64,000 nt of DNA, from NCBI GenBank assembly GCA_964016885.1, contig OZ024740.1, forward strand, positions 301,072,001 through 301,136,000. Reading direction: 5' to 3'. The notes under the pieces were generated by a model. It was not told the origin of the DNA and ran no database searches. It saw nothing but the letters and a program-made list of their open reading frames with translations. A program made the translations under genes and the position numbers. The DNA is from Eledone cirrhosa (taxonomy: Eukaryota). Positions 13,820-27,540 of the stretch are shown piece after piece (the first letter of the stretch is position 1; each line of letters starts with the position of its first letter).

Positions 13820-16770
13820 CCCCGTGACCAAGAAATACCGGGATGGCGGCCGGCGGGGAATAGCCGTGTCTCTAGAGCAGGACGACCATTTTAGTCTTGG
13901 TTGACATGCGTCCTAAAAGTGGTAACACGAAATGATTATCCCTTGGCGGTTAAGGGTATAACGCGACAAAATAAAGTAAATGGCAAATGATAAAATCTCA
14001 TACCGGATCGGCCTTGACCCGGGTCAAAAAGGGCCGCGTCCCTCAAAGAGGAACCAGACTGGGGTCGAAAAATCAGCTAATGGTTCAAACCTTCCCATCA
14101 CTTCGGAGCTGGAGACTTCCCATAATCGGAATACTCCTACTGTTGGCGCTCCATGCTCACCACCAAGAAATCCAAAGAGAAAGAGAGAGAAATGGTCAAC
14201 GGAAGACAATAAAGAAGTCCTTGAGGCGTTCTACACTGCCATCTACTACCCATCAAATAGATCGAATACAGAACAGACATATATCAACTGGAAAAAGAAA
14301 CATCCCGAAAACAGAGGCTATATTGACAGTAACAAACTAGCCAATATACAAAGAAATATTGTTTAAAAAAATTACTAACTGATATAGAAATTGATAAGAT
14401 CAAGCTATTAGCACAAAGTCAGCAAAGGGAACATGAAACATGTGTCAGTTAAAACGAGGTAAATTGTAACACTTCGAATCCCAGGGTTGGGGCGGAATCA
14501 TAGACAACAGAACAAATTAAAGAAAGGATCAAAAAAGTGGAGGGAGTGCATGCTCAAGATGAAATTCAAAATGAAAACAATGAGATCATAAATGATAAAG
14601 AAATGAATGAGAATGAACTTGCCAGCTTGAAGGATGAAATTATGATCGAATGGATGAAAATGAAAGAATCTGACATGGGGGAACGAGACACTCTCCCTAA
14701 GATCCAGAACTCCAAACAGAACCAAAAGATAATACACAAGACTAACATAATTCTCAAAAACATTATCATCACAAACAAACTAAATATTACTGATTTAAAT
14801 CATCTCTATTATGCATCGGCTAAAGTCACTACTCACTTATGTGGAATGAAAATGAAAAACACAAAGAATTCCGACAAGAAATCTACTTGGCAAGAGAACA
14901 TCAATCGCCAAATAAACCTTCTCTGATCTGGCATAGAAATTTTAAGAAACTACAAACTAGGTGAAGTTGTTAAACAAACTAAACTTAGTGAATTGAAAAG
15001 AAACTACTTTATAAAAACAACAAGTGACATAGACATGCTGATAGAAATAATCAAGCAAAAAGTGTCGGCCAAAGCTGCTCGTATAAGGCGCTTTGAAAAA
15101 CGATCTAGATTCTATAAGGACAATAATATGTTCAAAAACAACCAAAGAAACTTCTACAGAAAAATTGGCAAGTCAATAACAACAGCTAAATCAATACCAC
15201 CCAAGGAGGAAGTGCATGAATTCTGGAAAAAGATCTAGGCCGAAGAAAAAGTTCATAATATACATGCCCCATGGAGAGACATAGAAATGAAAGATACAGC
15301 TCACCTTGAGGAACAAATATCGGAAAGTATAACAGTTGAACAGTTGCGTTTGGCTCTTAGAAAAACCAGCAAATGGAAATCCCCAGGAAAAGACAAAATA
15401 CCAAATGTTTGGATGAATGCCTTCACAGAGTCTCATGAGCTGTTAACCTGACTTTACAATGAAATAGTTAAGGAGCCAGAAAAGATACCATCATGGCTAG
15501 TTAGCGGCATAACATTCCTGCTTCCGAAGAAAGATGAGACAAACAATTCCAAAAAATACAGACCGATAACATGCTTGACCAGAATGTATAAAATGTTAAA
15601 ATCAGTCATAACTGAATATACATATGACCACCTGATAACAAATGATCTATTCCCCATTGAGCAGAAAGGTTGTAAACGAGGCTCATATGGCTGTAAAGAT
15701 CAGCTTTTGGTTAACAAATTGATACTGGAAGATTGTCATAATAGACACCAAAGTCTATCAATTGCTTGGATAGATTATAAAAAAGCATTCGATAGTTTGC
15801 CACACTGTTGGTTTGAAAAATGTTTAGAGATTTTCAAAATATCTCCCGTTGTCAGGAGGTTCCCGTCATTCAGTATGAAGACATGGAAAACGACACTCCT
15901 TTTGAATAGTGAAAAAAAATCAGTGGAAGCTGGAGAGGTTAATATTAATCGTGGAATTTTTCAAGGTGACTCTTTATCACCACTTTTATTCTGCATCGCA
16001 CTTATACCATTAAGTAAAATGCTCAATGAAACAAAACATGGATATAAAGTCTATGACAAAACCGTTAATCACTTGTTCTACATGGATGACCTGAAACTCT
16101 TTGCAAAAAATGATGAACAATTGCAAGGGCTATTATCCAGTGTGGAGCAGTTCAGCGATGACATTAAAATGGAGTTTGGACTAGATAAATGCGCCAAAGC
16201 AACGTTCACCAGAGGAAAGCTGCTGAAAGGTTCAGGCATTAATCTTGATTGGAGGAATGTGATAAGAGAACTTGATCAAGAGGAAACTTACAAATATCTA
16301 GGTGTTTCTGAAGGAGACAGAATCAAGCACTCAACAATGAGAGAAAGGATAAGGAAGGAATGTTACCGCAGAGTAAGAGCAATCTTAAGAACGGAATTGA
16401 ATGCAAGGAATAGGATCGATGCCATAAACACGCTTGCCATACCAGTAGTAACCTACAGCTACAATGTCATCAACTGGTGAAGCACAGAGATCCGTAGGCT
16501 CGATACAAAAATTATAAAATTCCTAACCATGCACAGAATGCATCACCCTTAGGCAGATACAGGGAGAATATATCTCCCTAGGAAAGAAGGAGGACGTGGG
16601 TTAATCCAGTTAGATATTGCGTTGAAAATTGCAACAATTGGATTATCTACATATCTAAGGGAATCACATGATAGGATCATTAAAGTCGTTTTGAAACACG
16701 AAAGCATCAAAAGAACATACTCCATTACAAAAGATGCACAAAGATACATAATGGACTACGAATTTCAGAA
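13820..16770 (+). mobile_element. R4/Dong-clade non-LTR retrotransposon, disrupted and 3'-truncated
   Basis: N-terminal KREKWSTEDN...KLANIQRNI; KWKSPGKDKI; EQKGCKRGSYGCKDQLL, WIDYKKAFDS, RGIFQGDSLSPLLF, NHLFYMDDLKL. Multiple stops and frameshifts; ends at a (TAA)n tract before the RLE domain. Confidence 0.9.
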
Positions 16771-16789
16771 GTAATAATAATAATAATAG

Positions 16790-17145
16790 TGTCCGTTTAT
16801 AATTGTTTCGCTACTCGATATAATGTTTCTGGATCAATTGATTATAGATCCTTATTGATCTGGTTCAGATGAAGATAAGTAACTTAGGTAATATTATGGA
16901 GCGGCTCTTCAGAACTTCAAATGAGATAATGAGTATATTGATGAAGATAAGATGGAAGAAGTAATATAATGTAAAGTAAAGAAAGATGGTTACATGAATG
17001 TAATGTTCCATATATTTGTATTTCACGAAGGCGTTCTGGATCTATCTATTTTCTGCTATAAGCAAGCATTACGCTTTTATTTTCTGCTATAAGCAAGCAT
17101 CACGCTTCTGTCGAGGCTGTATTACGCGAGATCTGCCGAGGTTGC
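16790..17145 (-). mobile_element. Isolated pseudo-LTR of the Naiad-like family at 23250-27540
   Basis: Similar to 23250-23525 (tccgttta..attgtttcgct...gatctggttca...ttccatatatt). Adjacent to (TAA)n. Confidence 0.75.
16795..16915 (-). ncRNA. Hammerhead motif with ~90-nt stem II insertion
   Basis: rc: gtt CTGAAGA gccgctc...gagtagc GAAA caatta TA aac. Confidence 0.6.
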
Positions 17146-17149
17146 AACA

Positions 17150-18480
17150 CCAATCGGGAAAAATCTTTTTTAGACTTCTCGAAAAACGCTTCCCACCACA
17201 ATACTGCTACCGCAACATAATCAACAAAACACTATCAAACATCCCCTACAGCACCACACCCAACTTCGCACAAAACACCGCCTCCTCAAGCAACAAGAAA
17301 CTCAACTCCTATGGAAGGAACAACCTAGACATTAGGGGAGAGCCTACCAGGAGGTGTAACTGCCTTGATAGATCTCCGTGCCCCCTCAACAACAGATGCC
17401 AAGAATGTAACGTAATCTACCAGTGCAGCGTGAGGTTCGGACAACTACAACAAAGCCTATAGAGGATTAACCACCTGTGAGTTTAAAACCCGGCTCTACC
17501 AGCACCGTCATACGTTCAGAAACCCGGCCAGACGACATGCCACTACACTTTCCCGTCACATCTGGGACCAACAAGATAATAACATCACATACCATCTTAC
17601 TTGGAGCTTACTTTCCAGGGCTACCTCCTACTCGGGAGGCCGCCATGTTAATTATGCTCGGAGGAAATGTTACAAATGCTGTTTACGAAGGACCAACTCC
17701 TAAATAAAAAAGATGAACTTGTAACCGCATGTAAACACCGATTACGTCGGACTTACCTTGTCTCCAAACCCCCTCACGACCCGGGTGGGTAGACAATGGG
17801 TGTAAGATCTTTCTTTTCCGACTCGCTGTAAAAGTTAGAGGAAACCCAAGCATACATAGGTAGATGTAATACTTTTCTTTTTTTCTCCCCGTTATCTCTT
17901 CTTCTCACTTCCTTCCACTCCCTCTACTCTTCCTTTTCCTTTTTCCTCTTTCGCTTACCCTGAGGCACCCCATCGGGCTTCTGTAGCCTCAGTACCTCCA
18001 CCCCCGTGAATTATATATAGCATTGGCTGAAAACGCAACACAGCTAAAATTATAGCAGCTGTTTTAGACTCTGGATTTTTTTATTTTTATTTTATGATTT
18101 CCCATTTTCAGATTCCTGTATAATTCTATTTTCGCCTGCTTTCTAGCTAGCCTACTTCAACCACACTCCTTAGAATTTGCTGTTTAGAATTTACCTTTAA
18201 CGCTTGACCGACTTCGCCCACTCCCTCATTGTTGTACAGGCATGTTCAGCCACCCCCACCCCTACCCACCAACATGAAAGATTTAACTCTATTTACAAGA
18301 AACTTCGACCAATACTTTTTATAACTCCAATCTTCCGAAATGCCTGATTATCGCATGCCCATATATGGAATTACTCATTGAATAGTTCGACTAGATCATT
18401 ACACGCTAAAGACTTAATTTAGTCCAGAAATAGCCGTCGAAACGGCTTGGTCTCTGCCGTCGGGGTCCTGAAACTTTTCC
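17150..18480 (+). mobile_element. Naiad-like PLE 3' fragment (GIY-YIG pseudogene plus 3' region)
   Basis: GKIFFRLLEKRFPP...RRCNCLDRSPCPLNNRCQECNVIYQC, then frameshifted YRGLTTCEFKTRLYQH...LNKKDELVTACKHR. Confidence 0.8.
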
Positions 18481-18504
18481 TATATATATATATATATATA
18501 TATA

Positions 18505-21500
18505 TTTGGAATATACCTTGACTACCGGCTGAACCCCGATCTAATCCGCCGTGACCACTCTCTGAAATTTCCACACACCTTCCCACACTTGTTTTTTCCT
18601 TTCTTTGCATTACCTGCTTTACCTTTGATTGATTTATTTACTGTACTTGTTTATTTCTGTCTATGATTGTTTGTCCATGATTGCCTGTGTTTTTACGATT
18701 TTATTTCTTTCTAAAATTTTTTGTCCATGATTGCCTGTGTTTTTACGTTTATGATTTTTTGTCTATGATTATCCTGTGTATACTCTCCTCTCCTTACGTT
18801 ATTTCTGTTTGATTTTCCCTTCCCCGTCTCTGCCTATCATTAGCACTCACTCCTCCGCCTTAACTCTACCTGCCACACCCTCCTCGCCCACGCCATCCAC
18901 CTCTTCATCCAAAACGTCAACCACGACCTCTTCTCCTTCCTCACCTCCACCAAAGCCCGTAAGCTACACTCACTCCTCCCAACCACCCCCATCCACTACC
19001 ACCCGCCCATCCCTATGTGCCCCACACAACCACCCCACCCATCCCCACCACTCTCCATCCCTCCCTCTACCCACACCCCTACCCTATCTCCACCCTCCAC
19101 CTCACCCTTCACCACACCCTCCCTTCCTCCCTCACACACCCACACCCCATCATTGTTGTCACCATACCCCCTGACCTCCCCGTCTCCGCACCTGAGCGCT
19201 CACTCCTTAGTAGAGGCCTTCGCTTCAAACCCCACACTCCACACAGTGACGAGTTCCGCACCCGGACGGAAGTCGAGCGATTCGTGCGACGCACGAAGCT
19301 ACAGGCACATTTCAGTCAAACGACGCCGGCTCCGAACTCCCCAGAACCGTTTCTCGCCCTGGGCCGACGACCATCTTCTTGGACGCCGGCCCCAGGGCAA
19401 TTTGGCACCCTGGACGCGTTCGTCTATGCCAGCCGTAGCGCCGTAAATCGTTTCGACTTCCGCCACCGTTCCAAACGGAATAACATCGCACGGGGCGAAC
19501 TCCTCGTTCTCCGCTCCCTCCGTAGCCGAGATGACATCGTCATCAAACCGGCGGACAAGGGAGGTGCCGTGGTGGTGTAGCGCGCGGACCTCTATACGGC
19601 CGGAGCCCTCAGGCAGCTCCGTAACCCCTCTTCTACCGCCCTCTACCCTCCGGTCCCACACCCCTCTACCAAAAACAAGTTTCCTCCACAATCCAACACC
19701 TTGTCTCCTCCTCCCTCCCCCACCGCTTCCCACCTCATCGTCCGCACCCCCCGCACCCCCACCATCTACTTCCTCCCCACCATCCACAAACCCGACAACC
19801 CCGGCCGCCCCATCGTCTCCGCTTGCAACTTTCCCACCGAACTCATCTCCGCCTTTCTTGAATCCATCCTCGCCCCCCTTGTCACCCTCCCTCCCACATC
19901 TCCGACACCAACCACGTCCTGCGCCTTTTCGACTCCTTCACCTATCCACCCGCCCCACAGCCCTTCCTCTTCACCCTAGACATCAAGTCCCTCTATACCG
20001 TCATCCCCCACGCGACGGACTACGTTCCCTCAAGCACTACCTCGACCTTCGCCCCTCCTCCATCCTCTCCACCCCCACCCTCCTTCGCCTCGCCGAGCTG
20101 GTCCTCCCCCTCAACTGTTTCTCCTTCTCGGGTGAGTATAAGAATGTCCAAACTATGCCAACCTTTTTGTTGGCCATGTTGAGGCCCAAATCTTTGCCCA
20201 GTACACCGGCCCCACGCCCGAACTGTACGGTCGTTACATCGACGACTGTATCGGAGCCACAACCCTCACCCGAGAACAGCTCGACTCTTTTCTCTCCTTC
20301 TTCTGCTCCTTCCACCCCTCCCTCCATTTCACCACCTCTATCTCCACCACCTACGTCCACTTCTTAGACATCTCCGTCACCTTCGACTCCTCCCACCACT
20401 CCCTCGTCACCCCCGCCTTCTTCAAACCCACCGACGCCCACTCCTACCTCAACTTCACCTCTTCCCACCCCTCACACACTAAACACTCTATTCCCTACTT
20501 CCAACTTCTCAGGATCCGCCACCTCTGTAGCCGAGATGCTGACATTGAGTCCCAGGCCCTTTCCCTAGTCAGCCATTTCATCCGCAGGGGTTACCCCCAC
20601 CCCCACCCCCTCTCTCGTCCACACCGCTCTCACCCGCGCCCGTGCTGTCCACCGCTCCACCACCTTTACCCCACGCCACCGCACACCCACCTACCGTATC
20701 CCCTCCCCATCACCTACCACCCCATCCACCCCACACCCGACCACCCTTCCCCAACTAACATACTAACATCCCTCCATCTCTTCTGCCCCCCTCCTTATCA
20801 CACGCACACACCCACCGGTACATATATACACGCGCTCACACTAAACACACATCCTACTACCACCACTAACCCTCACCCCCACACATATACCCACCACCCT
20901 GCAACTAACATCACTAACACCCCCCGACCTCAAGCACACGAACACACACAACCACTTACACCACCCACTCTACACGCAACTAACATCACTAACACCCCCA
21001 ACCCTACGCACACGAACACACACACCCTCTTCCACCACCCACTATACACTCCCTACCACCACTGACCCCCACTCACACCCGCATTCAACCCTTTCCCCAC
21101 CTCCAGTATACTAACACCCACTAACACCCCACCCCGTCACCACACACACACTCATCCAAACACGCACACACACGCCAGTACACTACTCACCCTCCACCGG
21201 CCCCCACACCCTTCTCTCCCCGCTCCACCCACACCCTTTCTCACACACACACATCCCACTAACACCTCTACTAATACACACATACCCCCTCCTCTCTCAA
21301 ACTTTCACACCTACCCATCCTCTGCCCTGTCCACCGCACCTCCACACACACTGACACACCGACTTTCTTCACTTTCCATTCTACCCGACTGCTGCTATGC
21401 CCTTATCTCTGACCACCTCCCCGCACACACAGACACACAACTCTCCTCCTGCCTTGACACTCTGACCACTTCCTGTTGCGCGCGCACCCCACATCTCCCC

Positions 21501-21860
21501 TCTTCCGACCAATCTCTTCACGGATTACACATATGTGAACATCGATCACTAGAACCCACCACATCCCAAAGATATTACATTCCACCACATCCTCTACGGA
21601 ACTACACTTAAGGACTCACCCACTGACATACACTCAAAAAATGTTTTTCCCCACACTCTACCTACATCCACAACACACATAAACAGAACACACACACGTG
21701 CATACCACCACATATTTACACACTCAGCCTCCGGAATCCTCTCGCCCCACCCCTCTGACCCCTCCCCATCTACACACGCACACGCACTCCGACCTACAAC
21801 CCACCCCACACACACCTCTTCCTGAACATGCAACCCCGTTCTACCCCCAACTCTTACTTT

Positions 21861-21897
<37 letters not shown>

Positions 21898-22271
21898 ACA
21901 GCTACACACACACACCATCTTCAGCCCTCCCCGCTCGGACACCCCGCCTCCTTCTCCCCCACTCCACCCGCCACCACCTATACACGCCCCACATCCTTCC
22001 ACCACCTGTTTTACTTCATGTGTATTTTTATTTTTATTTTTATCAGCTTTTATATTTAATTTTATTTGTACCGTTTTATCTCACCCTCTTTTTTCTATAT
22101 GTCTCTCCACCACTCCCCTACACACCCATGGAACTCTCTTCCCACACACCTTTCACATGAAGAAGGGCTCATGCCCGCAACGTCGTTCCCCACCACCACC
22201 CCACTCTCAAGAGCGTGAAATTAATACACCTTTGTTCGTACTGCCTCTCTGTTTTGTTCCCGTTCAATTTT

Positions 22272-22275
<4 letters not shown>
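18505..22275 (+). mobile_element. C-rich Penelope-like element with RT pseudogene
   Basis: LLSRGLRFKP, DDIVIKPADKGGAVVV, IYFLPTIHKPDNPGRPIVS, FTLDIKSLYTVIPH, YGRYIDDCIG, FLDISV, FKPTDAHSYLNFTSSHP across frameshifts (~19150-20720). Degenerate hammerhead at 22154-22187; (TA)n flanks. Confidence 0.9.
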
Positions 22276-22294
<19 letters not shown>

Positions 22295-22306
<12 letters not shown>

Positions 22307-22665
22307 AGTATGTATGTATACGTACATACATATATGTATACAGACGTACAGTAGCATGCATATATATATATATACACGCGCTCACAAGCTTGAAACTAGT
22401 ACATCGTTCCTGTGTCAGTGTTGAACAAAAAGGTGACGTGGTTGCCTTAACACCGTATGGCATAACTTCAGGCTGTTCTGTTTGTTGACAAACAAGCGAA
22501 AAAAGCTGCGTTATAATAAACGTCGGCTAAACTGATGCGTGCATATATGTATGTGTACCTGTATGCATATGTGTATGTATATATATATATATATATTTAT
22601 ATATATGCATGCTACTGTACGTCTGTATACATATATGTATGTACGTATACATACATACTTACATT
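22295..22665. mobile_element. Short fold-back repeat
   Basis: ~22300-22365 is inverted vs ~22600-22663; the core is related to ~35108-35290. Confidence 0.55.
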
Positions 22666-23254
22666 TAAGTAAGTGCCATACTAAGAGTGAGAAATGAAAT
22701 TTCGTTTTCATTTTTTTTAACTTATATATATATATAATTTTACCATTGTGTAATTTTCGAAAATAACTTGACAGAAATACGTGGTAATTCCAGAAAAAAT
22801 ATTGAGTGAAGCAGATAGTGCTAAATATTAGAAGTAGTTATCGATATGAAACACACGCTGCTGGGAGGATTGAATTTCAATTTCAATTTAGGTTGAAGGG
22901 CAAATAATATAAGAAGAACATCGCAAAGTATCCAGTTAGAAGGACCGTAATCCCTGTCAAAACAAAATTGTTTATATATATATATTTATATCATCTGAAA
23001 TATTGTTACAATTGAACCATATTACAATTATATAGTAATTAATCAGGAAATATGGTTTTGTCATGCAGAAAAATGACATTCTATTTATCTATCTATCTAT
23101 CTATCTATATATATATATATATATTCATTAGTTAAGCAAAACAAAACCACAAATCTCACAAGGAAGACATTATTAAAATATTGTCAACATAGGTTTAGTT
23201 TCATATAAGGAAAGTAGAGAATAATAATAATAATATTAATAATAATAATGTCCG

Positions 23255-23372
23255 TTTACAATTGTTTCGCTCCTCAATATGATGTTTCTGGATCAAATGA
23301 TTATAGATCATTATTGATCTGGTTCATTTTAAAATAAATAACTTAGGTACATTTAGAGCAGCTCATCGGTAC
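23255..23372 (-). ncRNA. Hammerhead-like motif with long stem II
   Basis: rc: CCGATGA gctgctc...gaggagc GAAA caattg TA aac. Confidence 0.5.
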
Positions 23373-23751
23373 TTCAAAAGGAATATAAATTAAAATAAGG
23401 AAAGAATGTTACATGAATGTAATGTTCCATATATTGGTATTTCACTATGGTGTCCTGGGTATATCTATTGTCTGCCATAGTCGGGCAGTGTTCTTCTGTC
23501 GAGGCTGCATTGTGTGAGATCTGCCTATGGGTAACAAGAATGCCGCTAATGGACATATTTACCTTACTAATTGGAGGGTGTTTTCAGGGAAAGTAACTCC
23601 TCGAGTAATTAAAAATTGTGGGTAGTTTATAGTTAAGAAATGCTAATTTAATTTTTTAATTGAGAGACATTGTAAGGGAGGTAGCTTATAATTATCTAAG
23701 TTAGCTATAATTATTTAACTTATTAGCAATACGTAAAATAGGGCTAGATGA

Positions 23752-24190
23752 CTATGTTGGGTCAAATATTCTGTTGGCAAAGGAATTAGCCCTTAGATGT
23801 TGACAGCTAATCGTTACCTCCGCTCTATCGTTAATCGGTAGAGTTCGTGATAGAGTTATGTAATATGCTTCGGTAAGACAGAGGCCACAAGAGTTTCTTC
23901 GTCCACTGAACGGTTGGGCCCTAGCCAAGATATCCCATGTTAGTGAGTGTTCGATATTGGTTAATTTAAGGTTTTTAATGAGCCAAGCTAGAGATGTCGA
24001 ACAACTATTGTTAGGGTCTCGGAAGGAAAAAGAGTGCCCGTTATAGCGTACCTTAGAGGTAGAGCCGATATAGGAGCTGGTATGCGAAGCAGTTTTAACT
24101 GTGAACCTATAAACTATATTGGGTGTCAGGCAATATCCATTTGTGGGCATGCATTAGGGTAACGGCAGTTGCAGTTGCTTCTCTGGTTAG
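23752..24190 (-). pseudogene. GIY-YIG endonuclease in the inverted arm
   Basis: CNCRYPNA..PTNGYCLTPNIVYRFTV...YIGST...CGLCLTE...SCQH. Confidence 0.85.
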
Positions 24191-27100
24191 TGAGAGTAGG
24201 GTTGTTTAAACTATGCGGTTGGTCCGTGCTAGAAGGATTAGATGTGGGAGTTGTGCTACTAGAGTAAGTATTGGTGCAATGGCGTGGTGTATTTGATGGC
24301 GGGTACCGCGGTCTGTGAGTTATACTGTCTTAGTTTATGATGGTTACAAATGTGATGTGGCTAGCCAGGTTAGGTGTTGTGGAGAATGAGATTTTAATGT
24401 TGTTTTTATTAAAGAGCTTGTAATATATATGGTTGGGGGGGGGGTAGATAGGATAAAGAAGAAGCGTTTAGGGATATTAGTGGCTAGATTTGATGAGAAT
24501 GGGGGGGTTAAGCCAGGTGATATTTCTAGGCCTATTCCTTCTAGGGGTTCTAGTGGAGTTGGTAGGGGCCGTCATAGGGTTATTATTACCTGGGCATTTG
24601 TTATTTGTCATTCCATTGCCCATTCCTACTCTAGGGTTGATTTTTAGTTTGCTACATGGAGTGGAAACTAGGCCACTGCCACCATTAAGGTTCCCTGTAT
24701 AGGTGATGTTACTGCTAAAATTCCGGCGAATCTGGCTATATGCTAAGGTATTTCTAGTTCTAGAGTTAAATTTAACTCTATCACGACCTCTACTGATTAA
24801 TGATAGAACGGAGGTAACTATTAGCTGTCAACATCGAAGGAGCATTAAATTCAAAAGCATTATAGACACAATAATAATTTCCTCACAAAATTAGCAACAA
24901 CTATAGAAACATGTTATGTCTGACAAAACCACATATCTATACACCATGACTCCTGAAACTTACAACTCTTTCGTTCTTAAGGAACTTAATAAAAACTATG
25001 AAAAAACTATACCCTCCAGTGTAAACTTACTTAACCGAAAAGCCCAGACTCTGGCTAAGCACTTGCATCTGGATAGATTTACCCACACTTATGTACCTAC
25101 AACCCCTAGGTTTACTCTCAAGGATCACAAGCCAAACTTTATTGAGAACCCATCTATTAGACTTATAATCCCAACCACATCTAACTTGGGTCGTATCAGT
25201 AAGAACATCTTCGATAGGATCATCCCTGGGCTACGAGATGATATCACCTACAAGCTGTGGTCCAACACCGGCCAAGTCATCAGATTGTTGTCCTATCTAA
25301 GATCCAAGGAATCTATGAGGTTCCTCCAATTTGACATTGGCAGCTACTCGCTTAAATAACCCCGGCACTGCTTAATAAAGCATTAACCCTAGGCAGCACC
25401 AACTCTGAAATAACCAATAACCAGATTGACATCATACTTATGTCTAGGCAGACCATCATTGAATTCAACGGTTCATTCTGGAGCGGAAATGACAGAACAG
25501 ACAACTTCGATATCACTATGGGCACAAGCGACTCTGCGCAAATCACCGATTTAGTTGGAATCTACCTATTACATAACATCAGAGCTGAAACCAACCCTTG
25601 CAAGGCGGAATATATAGGGACGACGCCCTATTTGCAGTCCACAATTGGACTAATCGAGGCATTGACTTGCTCAAAAAACAATTCCATGGATTTTTTTAAA
25701 TAACGGTCTCTCTAACACCATTGAGCCGAACCATAAAGTAGTAAACTTCCTGGACGTTACACTAGATCTTACCAATAACTTATATTACCCTTATCATAAA
25801 CCAGGTGAAATACTTACATATATTAGCCCACACTCTATCTCGTATAGGATCTCCATGCTATCCGCAAATCATGAGATATTTATTAACCATGCCGCATATT
25901 ATAATAAGGCTCTTTCTGAATCTGTTCATGAACATGCCTATTTACTACATGCCTAAATGCCATAAAACAGCACTTAACCACAACCATAATAAACTTAACA
26001 CTAGAACTAGAAATATTTAGCATATAGCCAGATTTGCCGGAATTTTATCAGCAACAGCACCTATACAGGGAACCTTAATGGTGGCAGAGGCCTAGCTCCC
26101 ATCCCAAGTAGCAGACTCAAAATCAAACCTAGATTAGGAATGAGCAATGGGATGACAAATAACAAATGCCCAGGTAGTAATAACCCTATGAAGGCCCCTG
26201 CCAGCTCCCCCAGAACCCCTAGAAGGAATAGGTCTAGAAATATCACCTGGCTTTACCGCCCATTCTCATCTAACTTAGCCACTAATATCCATAAACGCTT
26301 CTTCTCTATCCTATCTAAACATTTCCCCCAGCCATAGATATTACAAACTCTTTAATAAAAAAAACATTAACATCTCATTCTCCACAACACCTAACCCAGC
26401 TAGCCACATCACATTCAGTAACCTTCGTAAACTAAGACAGTAGAACTCCCACACCGCGGTACCACCACCAACCTCAAATACAACAGGGCACTACACCACA
26501 CTTACTCTAGTAGCTTACCTTCCCCCTCTAATCCTTCTAGCACGGACCAACCGCATAGTTTAAACAACCCTTCTCTCACTAACCACAGCAGCAAGGGCAA
26601 CTACCGTTACCCTAATGCATTCCCACTAAACGGACAATGCCTTACACCCAATATAGTTTATAGGTGCACAGTTAAAACAGCATCGCATACCAGCTCCTAT
26701 ATTCGCTCTACCTCTAACCCTTTTAAGGTACGCTATAACGGGCACTCATTTTTCTTTCGAGACCCTAGCAATAGATGTTGGACATCTCTAGCTAGGCTCA
26801 TTAAAAACCTTAAATCAACCAACATTGAACACGCACTAGCATGGGATATCTTGGCTAGAGCCCAACCGTTCAATGGACGATGAAACTCTTGCGATCTCTG
26901 TCTTACTGAAGGCTATACTTTATCACGACCTCTACCGATTAATGATAGAACGGAGGTAACTATTAGCTGTCAACATCGAAGGGCTAATTCTTTCGCCAAC
27001 AGAATATTTGACCCAACATAGTCATCTATCCCACTTTTGTTTATAGCTAACACGTTAAATAGTTATAGCTAACAAGTTAAATAGTTATAGCTAACATAGA

Positions 27101-27418
27101 TAATTATAAGTTACCTCCCTTACATTGTCTCTCACTTAAACTGATTAGCCCTTCTTAAATATAAACCATCTAAAATTTCTAATTTCTCGAGGAGTTACTT
27201 CCTCTGATACCACCCTCTAATTAGTAAGATAAATATGTCCTTTGGTGGCCACCTTGTTACCCATAGGCAGATCTCACACAGTGCAGCCTCGAGAGAAGAA
27301 TATTTCTCGCCTATGGCAGACAATAGATATACCCAGGACACGATAGTGAAATAACAATATATGGAATATTACATTCATGTAAGCATCTTTCTTTACCTTA
27401 ATTTATATTCCTTTTGAA

Positions 27419-27536
27419 GTTCCGATGAACTGCTCCAATTGTACCTAAGTTAATTATCTTCAACTGAACCAGATCAATAATGATCTTAATCATTTGATCC
27501 AGAAACATTATATGGAGTAGCGAAACAATTGTAAAC
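27419..27536 (+). ncRNA. Hammerhead-like motif with long stem II
   Basis: gtt CCGATGA a-ctgctcca...tggagtag-c GAAA caattg TA aac; stem III is the palindrome ACAATTGT. Confidence 0.55.
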
Positions 27537-27540
27537 GGAA

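Larger units (their letters stand above)
23250..27540 (+). mobile_element. Naiad-like PLE: 5'-truncated RT + GIY-YIG on +, with a 1.5-kb inverted 3' copy on -
   Basis: RT: SDKTT, TLKDHKPNF...RLIIP, FLQFDI, FDITMGTSDSAQITDLVG, IYRDD, VNFLDVTLDL. EN at ~26570-27020. 23250-24770 is the reverse complement of ~26000-27540. (TAA)n / (ATT)n flanks. Confidence 0.9.

Noticed and set aside
18776-20367. Pro/Ser/Thr-rich mucin- or extensin-like ORFs
   Set aside because: Alternative frames of the C-rich Penelope RT.
20750-21150. Telomere-like (cactaac) repeats
   Set aside because: Irregular and dispersed, not a (CCCTAA)n array.
26881-26883. In-frame TGA in the Naiad-like EN as possible selenocysteine
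   Set aside because: The inverted copy has AGA (Arg) at this codon and it is not a conserved Cys position, so it is an ordinary nonsense mutation.
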